From contig JBHGNT010000022.1 of assembly GCA_043228905.1 (NCBI GenBank), positions 8,184,001 through 8,248,000 of the forward strand: DNA of 64,000 nucleotides, given 5' to 3'. The notes under the pieces were generated by a model that was given only the letters and a program-made list of their open reading frames with translations, was not told the origin of the DNA and did no database searches. Numbering within the stretch: position 1 is the stretch's first letter; each line of letters opens with the position of its first letter. This document shows, one piece after another, positions 10,559-23,250 of the stretch. The DNA is from Azolla caroliniana (taxonomy: Eukaryota > Plantae > Polypodiophyta). A program made the position numbers and the translations under genes.

Positions 10559-11429
10559 ATGGCATCCTCAAGCAATCAAGTGGGAGAGTTCAAAAGAATG
10601 ATGAGATCTCGGGACAACGATGCGAGCGTGGAGAAGGCCGTCAACCGTGTCCTGGAGGTCGAGGGTCAATTTGATGGAAGGAACATTACGAAGTTCCTGG
10701 ATGTATACAAAAGGGAGATGAATCAAAGGGACGTGTCTGAAGCACGTCAAATCTCGAGTTTCAAGCGAGTTGCCGCCAACAACGTCCAAAGGTGGGTCAT
10801 CGAGCTTCAAGAAAGGAAGACCAACGTGGTCAGAGTTTGAAAGAGCAATATTAGTGGAGTTTGCGATGGAAGATTTGTCGAGGATGACTCGACATGTCTT
10901 ATTGAAGTGGATAGAAAAGAAAAATAAGAAGATGAGCGCCTCGAGGGTATACGACGAGTTTGACCAGATGTTTAGTTGTTTCCCTACCACGGACCAAGTG
11001 TTGTTTAAGGAGGACAAGACTTTGTATTTCCTGAAAGCTGTGGATATGAAGGATAGACGAGAATTGGGGACTCTCCTCGAAGATGATACCCAAGTGAACG
11101 GGCTTGTGGCAGATTGGGCTGCGGTGAAGAGAGCGTGCAACAAGATCGATAGGCGTCATCAATGGCTTGAAGATATTGACTTGGTAAGGTCAAACATAGA
11201 AAAAACAAGACCATCTAAAGAAGTGGAGTTGCCTAAACAAAGAAACCTACATGAAAAGAAGATTGATGATGAATCGAGGACGGAGAAGGCCACTTCGAGG
11301 GAGGATGAATGTTTCGGAACATGCGTCGTGTTCGAAACATCGGATGATGAAAGAGCAAGCTTAATCGAAGCTTGCATCAAGGGAGATAAAGAGTGTGAGG
11401 TCGACATGATGGACGATCTAAGCCATTAA
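10559..11429 (+). pseudogene. gag: Gag-like ORF with a frameshift near 10820
   Basis: GQFDGRNITKFLDVYKREM..TWSEFERAIL..FLKAVD..DRRELGTLLED..GLVADW; homologous to 36326-36937. Confidence 0.75.
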
Positions 11430-11445
11430 AATCAACATCAAGGAG

Positions 11446-12192
11446 GTGGCTATGAAAGGGACAACAAGCGTCGACAATGACCACGACCAGATTTTCTCCG
11501 TACTTGTTCCAGAGACTTGGGTAGTTGCGTCCAAGAACCAACGTGAGACCCAAGAGACGGAAGGTGTCGGCGAGGAGCCGAAGATCGAAACTAATACATG
11601 TGATGAAGAGGGAAGCATAATCGAGGCTTGCTCAATCAAGAGGGTTAATGGGTACGAGTCCCATGAGTCTATAGAGGTATCCACGAAAGAAGTCATCGAG
11701 TCGGAGATGGTTATGGATGAGTCAATGGAGAATGATTGTGTTGAGACTTTCCCACCACTAAATCTAGAGACTTCGGGGGTTGCTTTCGAAAGGCAACGTG
11801 AGACCGAAGAGACGGAAGGTGGCGGAGAGAAAACAAAGGTCAAAGTCGATGCATACGACGAAGAGATAGTCGAGAAGGTGGCTATGGGCGAAACGACGGA
11901 GGACAGTAATACCAAGGATTCTTGCCCACTAATTCTAGAGACTTCGGCGGTTGTGTCCGAGAACCAATGTGAGATCGGAGAGACGGGAGGTGGTAGCAAG
12001 GAACGTAGAGCCGGAAGTGAGTTTGGACGGAAGATGATCCGGCCGGAATTCCGGCCTAAACAAAAGCCAAACCAAGTGGAAGTGGATTTAGCCGAAATCC
12101 GATCGGTCGAGCCCGACCCGGATGGAAATTGTTCCAGCCGGAAGCCGATCAGACGAGACCGATCCGGAAAGAAGCTAATCCGACTCAACTAG
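11446..12192 (+). CDS. Acidic repeat-containing ORF downstream of gag (unknown function)
   Basis: 248-aa ORF with three copies of an ETSxV...RET.ETEGGGE-like repeat; the homologous module is in frame with gag in element B. Confidence 0.45.
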   Translation: MAMKGTTSVDNDHDQIFSVLVPETWVVASKNQRETQETEGVGEEPKIETNTCDEEGSIIEACSIKRVNGYESHESIEVSTKEVIESEMVMDESMENDCVETFPPLNLETSGVAFERQRETEETEGGGEKTKVKVDAYDEEIVEKVAMGETTEDSNTKDSCPLILETSAVVSENQCEIGETGGGSKERRAGSEFGRKMIRPEFRPKQKPNQVEVDLAEIRSVEPDPDGNCSSRKPIRRDRSGKKLIRLN

Positions 12193-13369
12193 AGGTCGAA
12201 CCAGTCGAGGCCGGTGAACATGAGGAAATGGAAACCAACCCAGGCCGAAACCGATCGGTCGAACCTGACCCGGAAGGGGGCCAACTCGGTCGAAACTAAT
12301 CAACCGAGTCCGATTAAGCCGAATACAAATCCGAATGGAAGCTGATCCAACCGAAAGCCAATCAAAGGAGACCAATCCGAAAAGAAGTCAAGGTTGATGA
12401 AGACAAGGAAGAGGCCAAGCAAGCACACTACCATGGACGACAAGGGCCAAATGAGCCAAGCGGATTTGAAGGGTGTTACTGAGGATGAGATCTCGACTAA
12501 GGAGGGCTCTAACGTGAAGATCATCAACTCTAACGTGAGATTGTACGACGAAGGTGGATGAAGTGCGGAGTGCCTTGACCAAGGAGATGGTCAGAATGAA
12601 GGTAGAACATGCATAAAGCCTAAATAGTTATGCTCGGAAGGAGACTAAGGGGCCATGACAACTGGTCATGGTAAAGCAAAGAATGAGCGAATGATATGGT
12701 GGATTGGGTGGCGACAATGGTTCGAGTGAAGGGAATGGACATGCTTGAAATGGAGGAATCGTACTAATCACCGTCGCCGAAATCTCACACTCTCTCGTCT
12801 TGGCACGTACCAGAGGACGTGCGGTTTGGTGGGGGTGGGTGTTGTGAAGATTTTCGGCAATGGTATGAAAATTGTGTGCAACGAACGAAATCGAGAAGGT
12901 GCAATGTGCACATGTGGAAGGGGTGAAGGCCACACACATATGCTAGCATGTTGTAAATAGGGCTGAAATGAGAATCGTAAAAGAAAAGCTAGATGTAAAG
13001 TTAAGCATGTGCACTTGTGATGTGCGCTCAATTGTAAATATAAAAATAAGACTAAAGCCTAGTAACATTTAAGTGCATACATGGGTGGAAGCAAGGCTTG
13101 AACCTTGCACCTCCAAGATAGGAGACAAATTACCTAGGGGCTTCACTGTCAAAACTTGTATGATAGTATGTTCATCAAAAGGGGTTTAAATTAATCAGTG
13201 AGATACAAAAAATTTATATATAAGGGTATTAATAAAGATTTGAAAATATATTTACATAAGGGTATTATCAATTATGTTGGAAATTTTTTTTACATAAGCC
13301 CATGAAATATTAGATATTTCAATGAGATAGTAAAGAATATATTATACAAACAATACTCAAATTTGGAGT

Positions 13370-14409
13370 AGCATATATACATACATACATATACATGCAA
13401 GCATGCATATATACCTACATTCAAACATTAGACTCATTTATACATGCGTACTGACTAAACATAAATATACGTACAAATATATATTATCATATGTAAATAT
13501 GTACATACACATACACACACATTACATACTACATACATATTAGAATCGGCCATATATATTGACATACATATATACATACTACATACATAAAAATTACATA
13601 TTACATATATACATACACATTCTCACAAACATATTTTATATATTACATATTACACACAAAATTTACAAATGCAAATATACAAACCAAACACAAAAAAATA
13701 AAGTACATATTATATATATACACATACATAAACATATACACACATTCCATACATACAATACAATACAATATGTACATACATACACACACAAACATAACAC
13801 ACATCACAGATGCATACCACATACATGCATATATACCTACATTCATATATCACACATCACACATACATATATACCTACATTCAAACATTACATCCATGAA
13901 TATGTATATACATACATTACACCCATTTATACATGCATACTGACTAAACATAAATATATGTACATACAAATATATATTACCATATGTAAATATGTACATA
14001 CACATACATACATGCATTACATACTGCATACATATTAGAATCAACCATATATATTGACATACATATATACATAATACATACAATAAAATTACATGTTACA
14101 TATATACATACAAAACACAAAAAAATAAATTACATATTATATATATACACATACACGTACATATTAATACCTAAGATTACATATTGTATGTATACAAATC
14201 ATCATACTTACAAACAAATTACATATATATACACATGCACACACACATAAATAAATTAGATATTACATAGGATATAATCCATACATATTACACAATATAC
14301 AAATTTACACATACATAAATTACATATATAGATACATTACATATGTAAATACATATTCCACATATCACCATATATATAGATTATACCAGACCATAAAAAC
14401 CACAATACT

Positions 14410-14442
<33 letters not shown>

Positions 14443-14841
14443 TAGGTATATGTATACTTACACATACATTGGATATATACATGCATATAGATACATATTA
14501 CAAACATACATACATATACGAGCCATATACATACTAAACATGAAAATATCCCAAAAATATACATACATAAATACATTACATATATACGCATACATACATT
14601 TACATACATATGACCACATACACACACATACACATACACATACATACATTGGATATATACATACATATTATGCACATATTACAAACACATTCATACTCGT
14701 TGAATCATGTATATTGATTGACATTTACATATATGCATACACATACATACATACATACATGCATGCATGCATGCATACATACATACATTACATATGGATA
14801 TATGCATACACAACATACATTACATTTGGATATATGCATAC

Positions 14842-14885
<44 letters not shown>

Positions 14886-15731
14886 TACATATGGATATAT
14901 GCATACACATTTTTACATTTGTACATGGACATACCTATATTCATTTATGCATTGCTACATATACATACATTAGATATATTCATAGATATTATGCACATAT
15001 TACAATCACACATCCATACACATTGAATCATGTACATTGTCATATGGATATATGCATACTCATACATACATACACACATACATTACATATGGATATATGC
15101 ATACACATATGTACATTCGCACATGGACATACATATATTCATTTATACATTGCTACATATACATAAACATATATACATTGTCTTTTTCCTAGAAAAATAT
15201 CCTTTCATTAGTTATGAACAATTATTACAATAAAAACTGACCTACCATCAAGCTACCATTGATCTGGTGCATTCTTCCTTAGGTTCCATTCCTCAAGGAT
15301 AAATAGTATGAACACTCCACCACTCCTTAACCAAGTTATGTGATTGGTGGTGGGAACAACCATACGGGTGGTGCTAAGCACCATTTAGGTCTTGAATTTT
15401 GTACTGTGAGAAAAGGGACCTTCTTCAAATAGGCAATAAATTCGAGACGTTACAACATTGCAGCATCTGTCTCACCTTTAATATCCTCATACCGCCCTTT
15501 CAAGGTATGTACCATATCCATCCAGACATTCCGTACACTTTCCACTGGATGAACAGTAGTATTACCAAACACCTTAGAACACCTAGCAGTCCAAATAAAC
15601 CACATTGTGGTGGTGCATAGTAGCTCCCATAAACATATATACATTAGATATATACATAGATATTATGCGCATATTACAATAAAACATCCATATACATTGA
15701 ATCATGTACATTTACATATGCATATACATAT
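13370..15731. repeat. Degenerate (TA)n/(CA)n/(TACA)n microsatellite field with larger internal duplications
   Basis: Near-continuous ACAT/ATAC/CACA; pure (CA)n near 14413-14440 and 14850-14884; block ACTGACTAAACATAAATAT repeated near 13450 and 13940. Confidence 0.92.
15180..15627 (-). mobile_element. 5'-truncated LINE (L1-like ORF2 C-terminus plus 3' UTR), TSD of about 18 bp
   Basis: WELLCTTTMWFIWTARCSKVF fits the W.IW..R...F motif of plant L1 ORF2; CATAAACATATATACATT duplicated at 15162-15179 and 15628-15645. Confidence 0.8.
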
Positions 15732-16297
15732 TGTGTAGTATCAATGTATTGACGGAGTTAAACCCTCGATGTCGTTTGTGAAGTTTGGACCGGCGTATAC
15801 CCTTTTGATGGCGAATCGGGCCGAGGTAGTTGTCGGATACCTCTGAGCCTCACAATCACTTAACGATTGGTAAATGATTAAGCACGATATCTCTCTCACT
15901 CTCTCAAGCTCTCTCTCATAAACAATAGGTTAATAGATATAGACAATAAGAAGGAAGAGTATGTTTATTAACCCTCTTTGCTAAGTGGTCTAGCACCAAC
16001 AAGGAGAGAGATTAGTGTTCTCTAACTAAACACCTCACTAATCTCTCTTAAGCTCAAAGGTTACAAGAAGGAGGAGAGGAAGCTCTAGCTCTAATCAACA
16101 GGAGATCTTTACAAATGAGAGAACCCCCACAAAGCCACTATTATGTGGTTTATATAGCTTTCACGTTTAGGGTATGGGCCTTTCACATTTGGACGTCTCT
16201 TTGCTTTCTTCTCCTCTTGTCGTTTCCTCTTCGTACTACGTCCTTGTTGATGCGCTCTTATTCGTGACTAGTTGTGTTGTTATCCCAACGCTTAACA
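15732..16297 (-). repeat. Probable 3' LTR of the large minus-strand host element
   Basis: On the minus strand, PPT GGTTGGGGGGGA is directly followed by TGTTAAG; TATA-like CTATATAAA (plus strand about 16149-16157); ends ..CACA at the microsatellite. No partner LTR in the window, so the left boundary is uncertain by a few bp. Confidence 0.65.
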
Positions 16298-19200
16298 TCC
16301 CCCCCAACCTAATGACCGCGCACTCCCGGGTACACTGTGGGAGAGGAGCTTCGGGCATCGGGGACGAGTAGGATTGAGTAGGGGGGTTCCTCGGGGGGCG
16401 GGCGGTGTCGGAGATGATGGCGAAGACGGCGGATGTTCAGTGGTGGTAGCCAGATTTCCTGCAGTTGGTCGGTTGTTGTGAAGAAATCTTTCTTGGGGCT
16501 AGTGAGCCAGGTGCAGGTGTTGTGGCCGGCGAAGGGAGAAGGGGGGTTTCAACTAAAGCTTATGTAAGCGGGGAAAAAACGCGTGTCTATCATGGTTTCA
16601 AAATCCTGTTTGTAGGTGGTGGGGAGTACGTTGACGCGGGTCCAAAGGCTGACCAGTTGGCGGTGAGTTGGACCTTTATTCAAATCAAAGGCGAGGCCCC
16701 ACACTGGGTGGTTCTGCTGTTGGAAGGGGGGAGCTTCGTACGGGCCAGAGTCAAGGAGGATGAGTAGAAGTTGTAAAAAGCGAAGGTTGGCTTGAATGTC
16801 GGGGTTCGGGACGTCGAGATATGTACGTAGGAATCTTCGCATAACCCAGATCATGTCGGGTTCGGTCGGGGATGTGCGTGGGGGTCGAGGGAACAATGAC
16901 CAGTTGAATTCAAGAGTGGGTAGGCGTGCCTGGGCGACTCGAAAGTCATGCCATGGCCAACGGCGAGGGAGGGGAAAAAGGTGGGGTTGGTGTGCAACTC
17001 CGGGGGGGGGGGGGGGGGGGGGGGTGGAGGGCGAGCCATTCATGGAAGGATGTGTGTGCGAACCAAGGGAGACACCATGGGGGTTGGATGTCGGGTGGTT
17101 CGAGGAGGGGTCGGCGACGGGGTGGTGCCACCCTTGAGTGGGGGTGGGGTTTGCGGCCGCCCAAGTAGACATCTTATCGCTGTAAACATGGGGTTAAAGG
17201 AAGATGTCGAATTGGGGTTCAGAGGGGACTTCGGAGTAATAGGTGTAGAGGCAGGTGAGGAGTAGGGGGGTCTCACAGAAGTCGAGCTCCCAGGGGATGG
17301 GGGCGGCAGATTGATTATCAAGGCGAGTGTCCCAACCGGTACCACTTTCAAGGCAATCAAGGGCGGTTTGGAGGCCGTGGGTGAGTTGCTAGCGGTGGAC
17401 CAAATCAGCGTAGAAGGCCGCAACGTTGAATCGGGCGCTCGAGGCGTGGAGTAGAGGAGGTGTAGTGAAGATAGGGGGGGAGGGTAATTGTTGGTGGAGC
17501 ATGAGGTGGGCGAGGGGGTGGTGGAAAGGGAGAGCTTTGCGGAGGATGCCCTCCGTGAATGTCCGACCGGGGTGGGTGACGACCTGTGTGTGGAGGGGGA
17601 AAGGGTCGGGTGGTAGGGGGGGAAAGGGGGGGGCCGAGGGGGGTGTGCGAAAGGGGTTGTCACTGAACATGGGGTGTGTGTGGTCGGGGACGTGGTGTTC
17701 GCTGAGGTGAAGGTGTGGAGTCGAGTGGCGAGGGGGGGAGGGAGGAGGTGGGTTGGTAGGTGGGGGAGGCGGTTGGGTGTCAGGTTCATCGGGTGAGTCG
17801 TGGTCCCACCCCAGTTCGATCTTCAAGGGGGCGGGGGGGGGGAAGGGGGAAGGAGGGCACGAACACGAGCCTCTTTGAACATCATGAGTTGATACTCACG
17901 AGAGACGTCGACGTACAGGGCTAATTCTGGTATGTCGTCAGCCTCGAGGTCGGTGGGCCAATTGAATGTGGCGTATTCGATGTTGAATATGTGAGTATGA
18001 ACCTCGACGTCCCAGGCGGTTTGCCAGGCGCGTATTAGCTAGAGGAAACCGAAAGGGGGTACGGAGGTCGTAGTGTTCTCCAACAAGGTGCAGGTGAGGG
18101 TGTCGGTGATGTGGTGTAAGTGCACCAGTGTTGTGAAGAGGTGGGCTAGCTGGTCTTCGGTGACCTGCATCGTGACATCAGAAGGGTAGGTGAAATAGAT
18201 CAGGTCGGGGGTGAGGGTGGTGTGAAGGTAGGCCATACCTTCGAGGAGAAAAATAGGAAGGTGTTGGGGGAAGAGGTTGCTGGCTGGGGGAGAAGGTTCT
18301 TCGGTGGCTTCCTAATACAACATGAAGAGGTCAAGGGTGTGGTTGTCTTTAGGGAGTACTCAGATGAAAGTCTGTCGGTATGGGGTTGTGGCGTCGTCAA
18401 AGAATACGCGATGCGTGGCGGCCAACGACCTAAGGATGCACGTGGCTTGGGTGAAGAGGGTATGCGGTGTACGTGGTGCGGTGAAAAGTAGGGATGTCGA
18501 GGTCACGTACACTGAGAGTGCCTGAATCATATTCGGAGAGACAATTGGGGTAAGGAGAGGTGTCTGAATGGTGGAGGGGTCCGTCACGCCAGGGCTGAGG
18601 GCGTGTTCAAGGGCGGCTTTGGACATGCGGAGTTGGAGGATGTCCTTTTCGAGGTCGGCGCACTGGCGGCGGTGGGTGTTTGATGAGGAGACATCGGTGC
18701 CGTTCATTGGTGACTTCGACCTGGTGGACCATGGCGTCATGTTCAGCCTTGAGGGTGGTGATCTCGCTCGTGAGTTGGTGAGTTGTGGCCATGCCGGTGG
18801 CCAGAGGCTTGGGCCGTTCGGAGAGATCATCCGTCACGGCTGCGAGGCGGGCCTCGGTCAGTTGGTGTTGGGTGGTGAGGCGGACGTACTCGGCCGAGAG
18901 TTCGGCATGTGTTTGTGCCGCGCATTCCTGGTCATGGTGCTAGGTTGTCCGAGCTTGTTGGAACTCGTCAGCAAGTTATTGGTGTCAAGTTTGTGACGTC
19001 AGGAGTTCTTGCTTAAGGAGGTCATGGGCGGCCGCTCGACAAGTGTTGGTATGGAGGGCGCTCCGTACCTCGGTGGCCAAGATCTCGTTCCGTGTAGAGG
19101 TCTCGTGTTGGTCGGTGGCGGTCTGTTGGGCCTGTGCATGAACTTGAACTAGGCGATGATTCACAACAACAGTCATCTTGAGGAGGTCGGCCACCATGTC

Positions 19201-19373
19201 GATTAAGGGTTTGGGGGGGACAACGAGGGAGGGGGTAGGGTGGGTACTGACTGTAGTGAGTGGGGTAGAGCAGGGCATGGGGTGGTGGTGGCGGGGTTGT
19301 CATGTGGACGAGAGCAATGGTGGGTTGAAGGGGAACGACCGGGGTTGTGGGTGATGGCCGGTCGGGGGGGGGT

Positions 19374-19824
19374 CGTTAAGAAAACGTGAAGAAGGCACTC
19401 GGGCTCTTCTTATGTGCGTCGCGGATCGTGGTGTGCTGGATCATTTGGTGCTCAAACACAGAAGGGAAGGGGGAAGGAGACTTACCTCTGTAGCAGCCAA
19501 AAACTTCTTCTATTTCATTATATGCAGAGCTCTACTTGCTCTCGTCTGTTTCTCTCTTCTACTCTCACTCTTTGAGTTCTACCTCTCTATCTTCACTCTC
19601 TCACTCTCAGAGTTCTACTTCCTGTATATTTCTTACTTACCTACTCTCTTACTTTTTACCTAAGTAATAAGTTACTTACATATGCAGCTAATTAGATGTC
19701 AGTCGCTAAATAGCTGTCAGTAGCTAATTAGCTGTTTCTCCTTTATGTTCACAAGTAGCTAAATAGCTACTATAGCTTATTTCCCAATAAGCATCACATA
19801 CCATGTTGAGCTTGCTTCTCAACA
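19374..19824 (-). repeat. 3' LTR of the Copia
   Basis: Direct repeat of 34157-34629, which carries an extra ~22-bp TAGCTA-rich duplication. Confidence 0.93.
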
Positions 19825-19842
19825 CTCCCCCTCAAGCTCAAC

Positions 19843-22779
19843 TTATCCTTTCTTGGGGTTATCTACAACTTCTTTTCCATGATGCTTTTCAACCATCATA
19901 TCAGTGTCTACAACTCCCATCATGTTCCAAAACTGTGTATGCTTTTCCACACTCAATCCCTTTGTGAGAATATCAGCAACCTGTTGATTTGTATTCACAT
20001 ACACCAGATCAACTTCTCCTTCAATCACTTTTTCTTTAACAAAGTGATAATGCACTTCAATGTGCTTTGTTCTTGCATGGAACACTGGGTTTTTTGCAAG
20101 CTGAATGCTGCTCATATTGTCACACCAGATTGTGACAGTACCATCTATATACTCTCCCAAATCAGCAAGCAATCTTCTGATCCATACCTCTTCACAAGTG
20201 GCTATGGCAGCTCCTCTATACTCAGCTTCAGTACTAGACAATGCAACAATAGCTTGTTTCTTGCTACTCCATGAAATACCTGCACTTCCCAATGTAAACA
20301 TATATCCACTTGTGGATCTTCTATCTATTTGGCTTCCAGCCCAATCAACATATGTATATCCTTCCAGATTTATGTCCAAATCAGCCCTGTAAAACAATCC
20401 ATAGTTCTGAGTAGCTTTTACATACCTCAGAATTCTTCTAATGCAGTCCAAATGCGGCTTTGTTGGCTGTTGCATAAATTGACTGACTAATCCAACTGCA
20501 TAACTCAAATCAGGTCTTGTTATGGTCAAATAAATAAGGCTGCCCACCATAGACCTGTACATGTTTACATCTTCTATTTTGGCTCCCAAATCAGCCCTCA
20601 ATTTGCAGTTTTTATCTAGTGGTACTCCAATAGGTTTGCATCCAAGCATACCATACTTTTTCAACATAGTTATTGCATATTGTCTTTACAACACATATAT
20701 ACCACTTTCAGATCTGATGATTTCAATACCCAAAAAATATCTCAGATCTCCCAAATCTTTCATATGAAATTTCATTTCCAAATTTCTTTTCAGCTTACTT
20801 ATTTCATCCATGAAATCACCTCCAATGATGAGATCATCAACATAAATTAGAATCACAACAATACAATCATCTTTCCTTTTAACATACAATGATGAATCAA
20901 CCTTTGACGTTTTGAAGTCAAGTTTTTTTAGATAATCTGAAAGTTCTCTGTGCCATGCTCTTGGTGCCTGTTTCAGACCATAGAGAGCCTTTTTCAGCTT
21001 ACATACATAATCTGGATGCTTCCTATCTTCAAAACCTGGTGGTTGACACATATACACTTCTTCTTCCATGTTACCATGTAAAAATGCATTTTTTACATCC
21101 ATGTGATGAAGAACCCATCTTTTGGCTGCACCTACAGCCAGTAATATCCTCAATGTTGCCATCTTTGCAACCGGTGCAAATGTCTCATCATAATCAATTC
21201 CTTGCATTTGGACATATCCCTTTGCAACCAATCTTGCTTTATGTCTACTTACATTCCCACTGGAATCATGCTTTGTCTTGTAGACCCATTTGCAACCTAC
21301 CACATTTTTTCCTTTTGGTAACTTCACCAAATCCCATGTTCTGTTTTCAGCCAATGCATCAATCTCCTCTTGCATTGCATCCACCCATTTCTTCTCAGTT
21401 TTAGCCTCATCAAAACTACTTGGATCAGGGATCTGTACCACCTTAGACATATATGCATAATGCATAGCCATATATGTATCATAACCAAGTCTTTCAACAA
21501 TTTTTTTCTCTCTATCTGATCTTCTCAGTTTTTGATTTGCATCATTCAATGCTTTTTCCATACCAGGGATTTTCAATCCTCTTATACCAAGAAAATCATC
21601 CAATGGCATATCTGAATCCTCATCTTCCATGTTTTTAGACAAGTCATCCAACATTTCATACTCTGGCATTTTCTGTTTTCCTTTTTTATCATCACATTTT
21701 TTGTGTCCTCCACTTTTTCCACTCCAAGAATTCGAATCAGATTTACCATCTGAGCTTTTTGATGGTCCAGAACATTCTGTTGATGTTGGACTTTGCTGTC
21801 CAACCTTGTTTCCATCTCTGTGGCAGTCTTCTACATTTTCAGATTTGTCTCTCTCTTCAATCTTATTGTCTTCATCAGTCTCTGGATTTTGTTTTGGACT
21901 GTACCAACTGGCTAACTCATCAAAGATTACATCCCTACTTGTCACAATCTTCTTTGTTTCAGGGTTATAACATCTATACCCTTTTTGTTCTTCTGAATAA
22001 CCAACAAAAATACATTTTTCTGCTTTTGGATCCAACGTACTTCTTACTTCTGCAGGCACATGTACGTATGCAAGGCATCCAAACACTTTTAAGTGTTCTG
22101 AACTAGGTTTCCTTCCATAGAAACACTCTTCAAGAGTTGCTTCATGTACTCCCGATGTTATACATCTATTTAGAATATAATTTGTTGTATTTACAGCTTC
22201 TGCCCAATAGTACAATGGCATATTCTTCTCTATCATCAAGGCCCTTGCAATGTTCACCAATGTTCTGTTTTTCCTCTCAGCAACTCCATTTTGCTGTGGA
22301 GTATATCTACATGTGAATTGTCTTCTTATTCCCTGATTGCATAGAAAATCAGAAAATTCATTGGAGAAATACTCTCCTCCTCCATCAGATCTTAAACATT
22401 TTATTCTTGTACGTGCCTGCTTTTCTACCATGCATTTAAACTTACGAAAACATTCAAACACTTCACTTTTCTCTTTCATGAAGTACACCCATGTTTTCCT
22501 TGAGCAATCATCAATAAAAGTTACATAAAATCTACAGCCACCGATAGATGCATTCTTAGTTGGTCCCCATACATCTGTATGTACCAAATCCAACAAATTT
22601 TTACTTACATGTCTTTCATGAGGGAATGGCAACCTATTTTGCTTTCCATATTGACATGCTTCACATATCTTTCCCATTTCACAATTTTTCAGTTTTGGCA
22701 GTCCAGCCACTGCATCTTTTCTCAACATATTCTTTAGGGTTTGCATACTTATGTGGCCAATCCTTTTATGCCACATTTC
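19843..22779 (-). pseudogene. pol: Copia pol: integrase, RT, RNase H (stop at 20686)
   Basis: WHKRIGH, HTDVWGP, RSDGGGEY, QQNGVAERKN, KARLVAKG, DVKNAFLHG, YVDDL, SSTEAEY, TKHIEVHYHF. Confidence 0.95.
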
Positions 22780-23205
22780 TGTTACCGGCCGGCAAGGAGT
22801 CCAAATTACGGAGTGAAGGAATTAATTAGATATGGTTGTAGATGAGCATAGTGTGGACGGACGGACTGGAAACGGTATGCCGTTCCAGATCCGGACGGAT
22901 CCCGAATAGGTGCGAGAGGCACCGTTTTGTACTACGGGCCGGAAACCTATTTAAAGGCCCGGACCCCATTGTAATGACAGCGGATAATTAATAGAGATTC
23001 TGATGTTTATACTTCTGTCTTGATTTCCGTTCTGTAATTACTGTTATATCTTACGCGTGTAATTAACCAAAGCAATCTAATCGTGAAACCTACGTAAGTC
23101 GGTGTAATCGTTGAATCTTAATCCTATGCCGTAATCACCCTTTGGTGAAGTGTCTCCGGGACACCTTGTGTTAGGCCTTGTCCGGCTAAGAGAATAACAC
23201 AGTTT

Positions 23206-23215
23206 TGGCGACCAC
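23206..23215 (+). promoter_or_regulatory. PBS, probably tRNA-Arg(UCG) type
   Basis: TGGCGACCAC 6 nt after the 5' LTR; TGGCAACCAC at the same place in X2 (53762). tRNA identity is from memory. Confidence 0.7.
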
Positions 23216-23250
23216 GATTCCTGCTTTCTCGCAGCGAACGACGGTAATGG

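Larger units (their letters stand above)
9688..13135 (+). mobile_element. Non-autonomous gag-only Gypsy (Phygy-like) element A; 3' LTR truncated
   Basis: 5' LTR at 9688-10488 (TGTCG...CGACA), tRNA-Trp PBS, gag-like ORF, no pol. A G-rich tract precedes a partial second LTR (12840 to about 13135). Confidence 0.85.

Noticed and set aside
13144-13160. CACTA/CACTG transposon terminus
   Set aside because: A single CACTG with no matching end, subterminal repeats or transposase.
13559-15233. H/T/Y/I-rich or C/V/M-rich ORFs
   Set aside because: Translation artefacts of the (CA/TA)n microsatellite.
19280-19350. Very long TSD around the Copia (similar to 34630-34690)
   Set aside because: This is a diverged internal repeat of the host ORF and does not abut the LTR; the real TSD is 5 bp.
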